NCBI GenBank assembly: GCA_964016885.1
Contig: OZ024758.1
Span: forward strand, 10,168,001 to 10,232,000
Length of the DNA: 64,000 bases
Source of the DNA: Eledone cirrhosa
Taxonomy: Eukaryota
Direction of reading: 5' to 3'
Shown: piece after piece, positions 37,601-49,900 of the stretch
How positions within the stretch are numbered: the stretch's first letter is position 1
Layout of the letters: every line of letters begins with the position of its first letter
Notes under the pieces: model-generated
Seen by the model: the letters and a program-made list of their open reading frames with translations, nothing else
Told to the model about the DNA's origin: nothing
The model's database searches: none
Translations under genes and position numbers: made by a program

Positions 37601-40600
37601 AAGTAAAATACTGTCGTATAGACAAAATAGCATTTTGTTCAATAGAATCATGTTTTGTAATATTTTCCCTTCAGTTTATCTTAACTGAAATCCTACATTT
37701 AATGCCACTGAGACAAAAGTAGATTATGGAGTAGTAGTAATAATTGTTTCTACTTTTGGCACAAGGCCAACAATACCCCGTACATTACTGGTACTTTATT
37801 TAATATTGACCCCCGTAAGGATGAAAGTCAAAGTTAACCTCGGTGGGGTTTGAACTCAGACCGTAAAGGGTCGTAACTCTATGCTGTAAAGCATGGTGTC
37901 TGACGCTCTACCAATACTGCCAATTCACCGCCCTTAGTAGTAGTAGTAGTAATGACCTCGGATCTGTGCTGGATAAAAGTACAACACAATCACAATTCAA
38001 ATCAGATATAACATATTTCTGGCAATAATATAGTTGTTGTCAACATCAATAATTGAAGATAGTGTAAGTGTATTTATTTATTTTTTTAAGAAATTGAATA
38101 TACCCAATTTATTAACACCAATCTTCTATTTCATTTTGTCTATTTTGTTGGAAGTTATCCAAATAATGGTTTCTGATTTAGGCACAAATCCCCTCCCCCC
38201 TTCCCCTCTTTATTTATTTTTTTTTTTGTGGTGTTGGGGGTAGTGATTAAATCGACCCCAGTGCAATGCTGGTACTTTATTTTATAAGATGAAAAGCCAA
38301 GCTAACCTCAGCGGGATTTGAATTCAGAATGTAAATGGACATAACTATATGTTGCAAAGCATGTCCGACACGCCACCGATACAGCCAATCCAAATAATAA
38401 TAATTGTTTCTACGTTAGGCACAAGGCCAGCAATTACCCAGTGCATTACTGGTACTTTATTTTATCGATCCAAATAATAATAATAGGAGATTGTTACACA
38501 ATATAAATGAAGGGAAACATTTTACAAATTATCATAACTATAATAATGGGCATTTGAAAACTTACATAGATTAGAAAACACAAACAAATCCTTCAGTGAG
38601 CCTTTTTTTAATTACCGAAATGCAATTTTTGAAGCTATGTTAGTATATATCCTACATAAATGACACTCCAACATATGAAGTACACCATTTATAAACCTAA
38701 GTAAAACAGCTCTCCTTAGATAAAATGATAGATCATATACACACAGGATATATAAATTGGAAGATCGATCTGAGGTTGCTGCTGGCTTAACTAGTAAAAT
38801 AATCCACATTATTAGAAAGGGAATTTTCAAAAGATGTGGCTATAAATGGCATTTATAAAATGTAAACAAGTTATGAATCGATAATATGTAAATGAAATGG
38901 GCTATTTATTATCCAGTTCACAGATCAAAGTAATACGTGGCAATGATACAGGGTTCAGTATTTGTCTTTTTTTTTTTTTTCATGAATTAATTTGATGCAG
39001 TCATCTGCAGTTGTGGGCAAAGGAATGGAAAATCATGTTCAGTTTACAAGATAGAAAAATTTGTGTGTACCGGAAATGCTATTATTGGCTGGGGACGAAA
39101 AAATATTGACTTTCTATTGAAATGCTTTTCAGTTTGCGTTTTACAGGAAAGGAATGTTTTACATACTCCTGAAATTTATTTTTGTTTAGATACAAGATGT
39201 TAAACATTTAAATTTAAATTCTTAAGATACACAAAATTTCATTTTATGGTTTTCTTAAATTTAAGTAAATTGTATGCACAAAAATTATATTGAAAATCCA
39301 GAGTAAGTTATTTTATGCAGGGATTTATAATTAATAAAAAAAATTAGTTTGACATTTCAATGTGAATCTACCAGTAATGTTTTCAAATACATGTCTGTCA
39401 GTTTTGTGTGAATACATAAAGCATCAAAGAAAGTTATCTTCACTTGGTTGTCCAACAGGCTAGAGATAAGCCAAATTGTTTTTGAAGCACCTATTTTAGG
39501 AGTATAAAGATACATTGACGAATACCTAGATGTATGAAATTGAGCAATGAAAGGTGTCTCATGATGAGTGAACCTTTCATTTAAAAGTTAGTCTATTCTT
39601 AGTTGTAATCAACTTTTAGAATTTTTCTATTATCAGTTTTTGCTATACCCATTTTTTATGTCTTGATAGTGTAAAATACCATGTTTGATGTATGAAAACT
39701 TTGACTGTTGGGGTTTAAATATATAGGTACTTTGGGACAAAACATACAACCAGCTTGTTACTTCCAAACAGTATCCTTATCATCACCGTTTAACGTCCAT
39801 ATTTCCATGCTAGCATGGGTTAGATTAGCTGTCCCATTGTAAATCAATGTTCCTGGCTTGGTTTCTATGGCTGGATGCCATTCCTAACACCAAATTTTTT
39901 ATTGCTGGCAGGTAGAGAAAAGATGGTTTTTCAACGAGCAGTTCACTATCCAGTATCTGGCCACCCCTCCTCATAGTGGTGCCACACAGTACCAGGCCCC
40001 AAAACTGAGGCTACGCTGTGAGATGGGTTAGGCTCCTCATATTGGTGCCATCCAATACCAGGCTCCAAAAATATGGTTCCGTTGTGAGACTAGTTTGGCA
40101 TGGCCAACCTGTCTGTCTCTTATAATGGAGCCATCCAGTTCCACACTGTAAATATGGTTGGTGATGGGAAGGACATCCAGCTATAAAATACCCAGCCAAA
40201 TTTACAGTTTTCACCAGAGCAAGGTGTGACATGGTCAATCCTGGCCAGACTTGTCTCCAAACGTGGACGACCCATCTAACCCATGCAAGCGTGGAAAAAT
40301 TGATGTTAAGCGGAAATAACACGCACATACTGATTTAAAGTATCATAACGTATACAATATGTATGGTAAAAATGTTTCTCGGTAAATATTTCTCAATGGG
40401 TGACCTGAGCATCATATATCATTAGGGAAAAGTATTTTGTGCTTATATAAAGCAACGTTCTGCTCCCTGTATTCACAATTCATGGATCTTTCCCTGACAC
40501 TGATTCTTTAATCTTTCAATGAGATACCTATTTTAAAACATACTAGGTGTAAAATATAAGTATTTTTCCTGGTACTTGAAAAATAGCAGAAATCATTATT

Positions 40601-40868
40601 ATTATTATCGTTGCTTTTATTGATTACATTTTCTCTAACCCTAGATATGTATTTAATGAAATTTGTGTTGAAACAGTTGTAAAGAACTTATATCTGTCAT
40701 ATTGTTATATAAGAGGCTAGAAAATTGTGTTCCTAGCAACGCAAAACAAACATGCAAAATCTTAAACATTTTACATTAGGCTGATTCGACAGGTAGAATA
40801 AGATAAGTTGAAAGATTGTCAATTTCCATCCTTCCTTCCTTCCTTCCTTCCTTCCTTTCAATGTTTAT

Positions 40869-40918
<50 letters not shown>

Positions 40919-43900
40919 CCACAATGACAGGACGGAGACAACGTTATGCTAGCAGGGGATTTCAATGGTCATGTTGGACAGCTCCAGGGTGGATACACTG
41001 GGGTGCATTGTGGGCACGGTATGGCTCAAGAAATGGAGTGAGGCTTCTTGACTATTGTTATGCAAGTGCACGAACCATTTGCAACACTAACTTCAAAAAA
41101 ACCTACCAACCACCTAATAACCTACAAATCAGGCGAGCACATAAGCCAGATTGACTTCTTGCTAATTAGGCAGTGAGACAGACACATGGTGTCAAATACT
41201 AAGGCATACTCTGGGGAGGAATGTACCCCACAGCATAGGTTAGGCGTTAGTGACATCTCAGTAAGCAAGAGACAGAATGAGACATACAGGAAGGTGTGGA
41301 AAAGAAGGGTCTGGAAGCTGAAAGACCTTTCACTAAAATATAAATTTAGGAAAGGCCTTCAAGATGTGTTTGACAAAAAAGAAGACGATTTAAAGTCATA
41401 TGACAGATAACTGGAATTTCTTACGTGACAGCTTACTGCAGGCTACTGAAGAAACTTGTGGTTGGAGCGGAGCTCCAACCAAACAGTGACCTGGTGGTGG
41501 AAGAGCACTGTAGATAGGGCCATTAGAGACAAAAGACTAGCATGGAGCGCTTGGAAAAATGGTGGGAGAAGAGAAGGATACACATCATCTAAGAGAGAAG
41601 CTAGACGTCAGGTGTACTTAGCACACAGGGAGGCTGAGAGTAGGAGATTTGCCAATGTTCTGCGACGGGAAGATCAGAGACGTGCAGTGTTCCGCATTGC
41701 AAAGCAGTGTGTCAGTGCAAATCAGGATGTTAGAGATAAGTGTGTCCGGAATGATGCTGGTGTACTTAGTGTCACGAATGGTCAGAAAAAGGCAGCCTGG
41801 AAAGGTCATTATGAGAGACCGATGAATGTGGAGAACAAATGGGAGAGAGAGAAATTTCCCCAGTAGACCTGACAGAGGGACCAGCTATTGTTGACCTAGA
41901 AGGCCTTTGATAGGGTACCCCGATCTGTCATCTGGTGATCCCTAAGGAAATTAGGTGTTGAGGAATGGCTCTTGTGAGGGCAGTGCAAGCTTTGTACAGA
42001 AGTGCTGTCAGTGAAGAGAGAGTAGGAATGTAGTTTAGTGAGGAATTCCAGACACAAGTACGAGTACATCAGGGTTTGGTCCTCAGCAGCCCGCTCTTGT
42101 TCATTATAGTCCTCCAAGCCATAACAGGAGTATAAGACTGGCTGTCCATGGGAACTTCTCTATGCTGACGATCTGGTTCTTATAGCAGAATCAATAGAGG
42201 AGCTAGAGAAGAAATTCTGGCTGTGGAAACAGCAGTTGGAATCAAGAGGACTGAGAATGAGCATAGCTAAGACAAAGGTGTTAAGTAGAAAGAGGACAAA
42301 ACTCTGATTCCATCAAAGAATTGGCCATGATACACATTTTTCAAATGCAGGTGGGTTCTATAGAAGAGGCTGATAGCTTCCAGTACCTAGGTGATCAGAT
42401 TACCATGGGAGAGGGTTTTTTCCGAGGCCATATTATCTAGAATAAGGACGGGTTGGAAGAAGTTTAGGGAGCTGCTTCCTCTGTTGACAAAGAAGGGTTT
42501 CTCCCTGCGTACGAAAGGCCGGTTATCATCATAATAAAACTAACATGTTGGGTTTGTGGATTGCCACAAATGAGCCAACTAATTTTGCAAAACAAAATTT
42601 TTTTTTCATATTAGCTTCTTCAAAACCTTTGCATCTTCCAGTATCTAATTGTTTCACAAGCTTTAGAGCTACCAATGTTCTGCATTTAACACATATAGAT
42701 GTCTGTATTTACCACCAAGGATGGGTTGAACTGGCTCCAACCAATTCATCTACAGCATTGTGAATAGATGTTGCTAATCTTGGTGCAACTGCATCATAGC
42801 TGACTTCACCTTGATGACAAAGCCAATGGAAATGGAGGGTTGCAAAAAATAGTCAAAAACTTCCAACTCACGTAAACCTGTTACCCTCTTCAGCTTTATA
42901 GAAAGATGATGTAAACAAGCACTCTGTGACCTAGATCAAAACTGGCTTCCATGATGACTGATGGCAACATGCAGTTGATGCAGACATTGACCAGTGAAGG
43001 TGATGCCAAGATATTTGAATTGATTAACTTTTTCCAGAATTTTGCCATTGAGTATGACAAGGGCCTTTTTCAGGAGGTGAGAGAAGCCAGCTAAGATATT
43101 CTATTTGTTTTGTGGTCCGAGTTCAAATTTAGCCACAGTTGATGTTACCGTATATCATTCAGAAATAGGTATCAAAATTTTGTGTGTTCTTTACTGGAGT
43201 TGAAAGCAAGCAGTGCAAGATAATGTTTCAGTTACATGTTTGGGTGGATAGTGTATTGTCTTAGAATAACTAGACCATTACTATCATCATTATTTTACAT
43301 CCCCTTTTCACACTTATGATTTGAAACCAGATGGGCCAGAACGACCCATCTTGCTCATAATTCCATATCTATTGTATCTATTTGATTGCCAACTCTGTAG
43401 CCTCCAGTCGCTCAACTACCATTACATTTTGTGTTACAGTACTTGTACAGGTAGGCATGTATTTTGTATTGTGACATGTTGCCAGTCCACTTGGTCATTC
43501 TTAACACCTTCAACCATCCTATGTCTCCCCCTTTTACAGGTTCCTTCCACTTCAAGCACTGACCATAATTTTATACACTCTCGCTTTCCCTACACAAAAT
43601 CAAAACAGGACTTAACTCTGGTGTTATCCCATTATTTCTTCTCCTCAAAAGCCTTAGAATATATATTTTAATGATATTACGGCGCAATCGTCTCTCTTGC
43701 CCACTACATTCAATTCTTCTTATACTCAGCTTTTCTCTCAACCCACTTGTTCTCTGTCATTCACATACAGCATGGCATGCATACTTCATTTCTTTTTAGC
43801 TGTCGCAGATCTTCTGCAATTGGGGCCTAAGTCTTGCTGCCCTGCAACATAGCAGTTCGAATACAAGCATCATGTAATCTACCCTCCACTCTGAGAGAGA

Positions 43901-46900
43901 AGTCTTTTGTTGCCAGCAGAGGTAACAGCTCCCTGAACTTCCTTCCGCCATGTTCTAACTCTGGCTACTACTATAATAGTCAAAACTGTGTGGGTTAATA
44001 GAATCATTAACGGAAAACATATCCAGCACTAAAACAAATTTATGGGACCTTACCACTCATCTCACTGTGAGGCAGTATAGCATTGCTGAACACTTTTAAA
44101 GTAAAATATGAACTAGTTTCATTTGTTGTTTGGAGACCATAACCAGATGATAGCCTAAGTTGTAAGCTCTCCTGTCCAGATATCATTGCCAGAAATTTAG
44201 GATATGAAATATGTAGAGGATGATGAGCTCTGGGCTGTGCCTTCCCTTTTAGCATGAAAATATTTATATAAAATGGGGTTTTTAGAGAGTAATAAAATGT
44301 AATAAATGGCTTCATGTTGTGGAAAATCAGACAAATAATTGAATCTAATTTGACAGTATCGTTTGAGGTTTTATTTTTATTTTTTATTGCTAATTGTGAG
44401 CATCATAGTACAGATGTTTTCCTCAAACTTACTCTATAGTCTTTAACACATTCTATATTTACTATTATATTTTCACGGTAAAGGCTTTATCTCACATAAT
44501 AATCGAGTCTATTAGATTTTGATATTATTTATTTGAGAACAATACCTTAATATCAGTATGAGCGGCTGGTTTGGACAGAAAGAGGTGAGAGAATTCTGGC
44601 CAGATATGGTTGGTTTAAATGCTAAAGGGTAAAACTAGCATTTGGTCCCCATTTTGTAGTAATCTCATATTTTAATTTTTAAGCTTCCAAGCAACAATCA
44701 TTTTTGATTTTTAATATTTTTGAAAGTGAAATAATTTCTATAGTGGTATTGTTTTGCTTATAAATGATATGCGTGTGTTAAAGTAAATTTATATTGCTTT
44801 AATGTTTATTTTCCCAGGAAACTACCAGTTTGCAAATGGTGACATAAACAAGCTAGAGACAAGTGGTGGGTTATTCTCTACAGTGGCTACTGCAGCTGAA
44901 TCCCCACTACAAGCTACATCTGCAGAGTTTACAGCCACACCCGGAACACTGACAACTTCACCTACAGTGCCAGCAGCAGATCAGAGTAGTAATTCTGCTT
45001 CTGCAGCTGCTAGTAGTGGGACAATAATTGGAACAACTGGAATTGCAGCAACCAGTAATCCAATTATATATACTACAACTGAAACTGTTGCCTTGCAAGG
45101 TAGTGTGCTCAGTTTTGATACATTTAAATTCAAGAAAAAATTCAATTTCATAACCTTTTTATATTCTAAAAAAGAAAAAGAAAATTATGGCCTATGAGAG
45201 TTGGTTTTTGCCAAAGGATGGAAAGTAGGATTAACCCTTTTAAAACCAAACTAGCTGAAACTACCCCTGATTCTATGATATAAAACTGTTTATTTTAAAG
45301 TGCTTATATTTATCTAAAAACTTATAATTTTGTGTAAGTTATTCTCCAAACAGCAGGCTGGTAATGAGAAAGTTATATTATTAAATTATTCCAAATTCTT
45401 TATTTTCAAAAATATTTGAAAACCATAGACATCTTTTTCATTAGAAATATGGTAATGAAAGGGTTAAAGTAGTTCTTGAAAAAATGGCAAATTGAGCATC
45501 CCTGTGGTGAAGCTAGGAATGAAATGTTAGATATAGCAAAATACTATCATGTTGGAGTTACATTCAAGTGAAACTGAAAACAGTTGTAAGGTGTCCTTGT
45601 GTCAGGAAGCTGCTATTTTTTATCAATTCTCTGAAAATCATTAAAATGGTTGAACTAATGAGTACAAGAACATAAGATTATATATAGTCCTTGCTATAAA
45701 TAACCATTCATTGTGCTATCCTAATATTAAGATATCACTCTCTTCAGCCATGTACTAAAATGGTTGATATAACAAATCCATGTTCAAATTTGTAGTCAAA
45801 TTATTTTTTTTTTCTTTTTGAAATTAATGACTTAGAGGTGCAATATACACATTATTTTACATCCACTTTTCCATGCTGGCACGGGCAGGACAGGATCTTT
45901 TGGGATTGTTTCACAGTTGTGAATGCCATCCTTTTTTGTCGTATCTTACGATATGATGTATCTATTCTAAAAACTGGGATGCAGCATCAACATTTTGAAA
46001 TTAAGTTGTTACATTTAGACAAAACACAAAATGCATCCAATTATTTCTTTTAATCATCATTTCTACAATTGTTTTTATATTTGTCCAATTTCGAGTGGTG
46101 GAAATTTCCAGCTAAAAATATGTAATTTGTATCATCTATATATATAAAGCTGAGGATGTGTCTGTGTGTGTGAGTTTGAATCCCTACAACTCGAGAAGCA
46201 CCGAACCGACTGTTTTCAAACTTTACACATGTAATACTTATGTTTCAGGGAGTTCTGAGCCAAAAAAAAAATTCAAATTTTCAATGCCTTAGGGACCACA
46301 TTAGGCGATTTGGAGATCTTTCTCTTTTTAGATAGATAAATACACATAATGTCGCGCCGTTATAATATGTCTGTATGTCTGGCTGTCTGCATTGTCACTT
46401 CCTACAATTCCCTCTGCGTCCAGAACGCGCCCTTATATCTGTCTGTCTGGCTGTCTGCATTACGTCACTTCCCTGAGGATGTATGTCTGTGAGTTTGAAT
46501 CCCGAAAACTCAAGAAGTACTCAACTGGCTTTTTTCAAATTTTACATGTGTATTATTTATGTTTCAGGGAGTGTTATGCAGATTAAAAAAATTCAACTAG
46601 AGCCTGCATTAGGTGAAAAACTGCGTTTTTTTTCCCCCAGTTTTTTTAGGAGTTTTTTAAGGCGTTACGTCAGTCCGATTTCCTTGAAATTGTAATTGTA
46701 TTAGTCAGTCACTGTGTGAGCAAAGAAAATCCAACTTTTTTATGGCCTAGGGCCCGCATTAGGTGAAAACCTGCATTTTTCCTGCTTCATTGAGGAAAAG
46801 ATTATCCAGCCATCAGAGTATTGGGTTTATTTTCTTTACATATTGTCTAGGCATGCAGTTTTTCGACGATTAGGTCTGTTGGCGGCCCGCGTTCCAAAAT

Positions 46901-49900
46901 ACCTTATCCCGTGCAACGCTGGGTACCACTGCTAGTTACTACTAAATTTTTCATACATTTTTTCCATTGGAGTAGGTAGATAAAACACTGGTTCCTTGTG
47001 TCTTAACCGCAAATGCCTGTGGCATTAATCAATTCATATTATGCTGGTTCTGGCAAAACATTTCATGTCTGGCTACACTTTTGATAGTGCAGACTGTGCT
47101 TGTTTATCATCATTTAACATCCGCTTTTCCTGCTAGTAAGGGTTGGATGGGTCTACATAGGAGGCTTCTAAAGACAGACCAAAGGGTCTATATCTTACTT
47201 TCATATGATCATATCAAGTGCAGAGGAGACATTGTCTTTTGACACACTGAAGGGTCCTCCAAATCCCTTGTTTGGCAAGCTTTCTATCACTGGGTGCCCT
47301 TTCTATCACCAACCACTTTACAGCACGTACTGGGTGTTTTTTGTGTAGATCATGACAATAAAACTAGAGAAGTTATCTTAACCTTCTCTACTCCATTTTA
47401 GTTTGACCTTCCAAGTGCAAAATTAAAAAGAAAATGTAATTTACATATCTTACCTATACAAGTTTATAGTTGGCCTCCTACGAGGTTGCATATCGTAGGT
47501 TTTGTAGCTGTTTTAATGATAGGGGCCCCCAGATCTATCATGCATAGCAATGTGAAATGAAGCATCTTGCTTAATAACAGGTGTTTAACTCTTTAGCATT
47601 CACATTAATTTGTCAAATGTCATGTTTATCTGTGCACATTATTTTCAGTTAATCGTACTCAAGAGGGTTATAATAATAATGAAATTATTGTGTACAGTGC
47701 TCAGATGCACTACAACTCATCAAAGGTGCATGTATAGTACATAGAATAATGTACAAATGTATCTTTGATTACATTATAAACAAATTTTATTTGTTTGTAA
47801 TTTTCTTAATTTCTATGTGTAGGCTTGAAATTTTGTCAATTTATCAATAATTTACAATTATATAATTTTACCTTTTTTTTTTTTTGTTAAATTTGACTTT
47901 TATGGGCAGGTGAAATTAATTTAATTGAGGCATTTGAAGTATCAACCAGGTGCAAATACTGGTTTAAATACCTTGTTTTCGGGATAATACTTGATATATA
48001 AGGATCACTAAACCTTATATCAGTGCCCCAGTAATTCCACAGTCTTGGAAATTGTTTTATACCAAACATATTTACGGTAAAGAATGCTTGCATTTCCGCA
48101 GCATCAGTCGGTCGCCATAAGAGATTGGGTTTTCCTCGATTTGAAATCTGTTGTCGGGCATATTGATTAATCTCTTCTGCCACAACTTCGAAGAAAGTTT
48201 GTGGTAAAAACAAAAAGAAGTAATTCAGTGCTTTAGCATCAGGAGGTAATGTGTGTTGTGGACCAGTATTTTGAATAAAATCGGGAACATATATTGGTGT
48301 GGTATTTTTCAACCACTTTGCTGTAATATTTTCAATGGCGTCCTGGAGATCTCCTTTGCTTTCACTTTCAAAAACAACAATCATCATCAGATGAAATTTC
48401 AGAAATGTAAACATCTGATTCATTTGAAGATAAATTACTAATATTATCTTTTGTTTCTTGTTTATTTTGAATGTCGTCGTGTGTAAAACCGTCAAAGTTG
48501 GTATTGCTACTTTCATAAGCCATGTTGATACACACAAACTCTGTTGTACTTTCAACGTTAAAAAAAACACGTGTTGTTTTTAAGTTGTTTCACTATATTA
48601 AGTGTCAATTTTCACAGTAAAAGCCTAATCTTGCAGTAATCTCGAATTGACGAGATTTTGATGACGGTATTGTTTATTTTTAGAACAATATTTTAGTGCG
48701 GGTGTTATCGGCCAGATTGAATAAATGAAGGGAAAATAATTGCGGCCGGTTTGGGGCGGTTTGAACACTAAAGAGTTAATGTATCTTTGATTACATTATA
48801 TTCAAATTTTGTTTAGAATATTAAAAGGGTCGGGAGGGCCTTTCAGCTCTGCCAAAGATATAGCAACCACCCTAGTGGTGGTGTCACAATATGCATTTGG
48901 TAGCATGCATGATCATGAAATATTGTGTCCTGGGCCTTCTGCTAGGTCAATTAGCCCCATTTGAGTGCTGTCTTGATCTATGTAGACCTGTCCAACCCTT
49001 GCTAGCAGGGAAAACGAACATGCCAAGAATTATGCCAAGTTTAAAAATTCATCAATTCATATAAACATCTAAATAGTTTTAAAAACTAATTAGTACTAGC
49101 ATGGAATATTAAAAATAAAATTACACTCCAGCTGTAATAATTGAATTCAAAAGAAAATTTACATATTTCCCTTGACTTTTATTGTGGATTATCTTTTGGT
49201 TAGATATCATTTATATATTTTTTTAATCACTCGGAAATACTACATCGTAAGTTACTTTAACTTACCAGTATATAAATTTCATTGCTTCCTGTTTTCAATT
49301 TTGGTTTTTCTTCCCCTATTAACATTTTTTTCCTTTTTATTTTAGATGACAGTAAAACTCAGCTTGATGCAGCTCTGTCTGAAGAGCAGATCCGCCGGAT
49401 GCTCAAGACACAATTGGAGTACTACTTCTCAAGGTATTTTTATTTTAACCAATTATATATATCCACAACAATTTTTCAGTTTTGGTTTCCAGGTTGTGGT
49501 GCTAGAAATATAGTAATTGAATATATATAGCTAGTGTTCGCTATGTATTCAAAGAGGAAATGAAATTATAGAGGAGTGCATAAACATTATTTTATGTCTT
49601 ACAATCTTTCATGATCGTATTCCTAATGAAATACGGTCTATTTGCACCAATTTTTATATAAATTTAAACCACTTTCCAAAGTAGTAGGAGTAGTAATAAT
49701 CTATATTATAAAAGGAAACCTGTTTCTCTTTCCGTCACACACACACACACACACACGTGTGTGTGTGTGTGTGTGTGTGAAAAAATTCCACATATAGGCA
49801 ACACAAAAAGGACAAAAAAAAAAAACGTGTGTTTCTGTGTCCTTCAACATATAAATAACACAAGACCTCAAAAGACTTTCTCAGAAAAAAACATATCTCA

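Noticed and set aside
47887-48570. Longest ORF (227 aa) as a possible domesticated PGBD gene or LARP4 fusion
   Set aside because: Antisense to LARP4, lacks the catalytic DDD core, first third is out of the transposase frame, and it lies within TIRs
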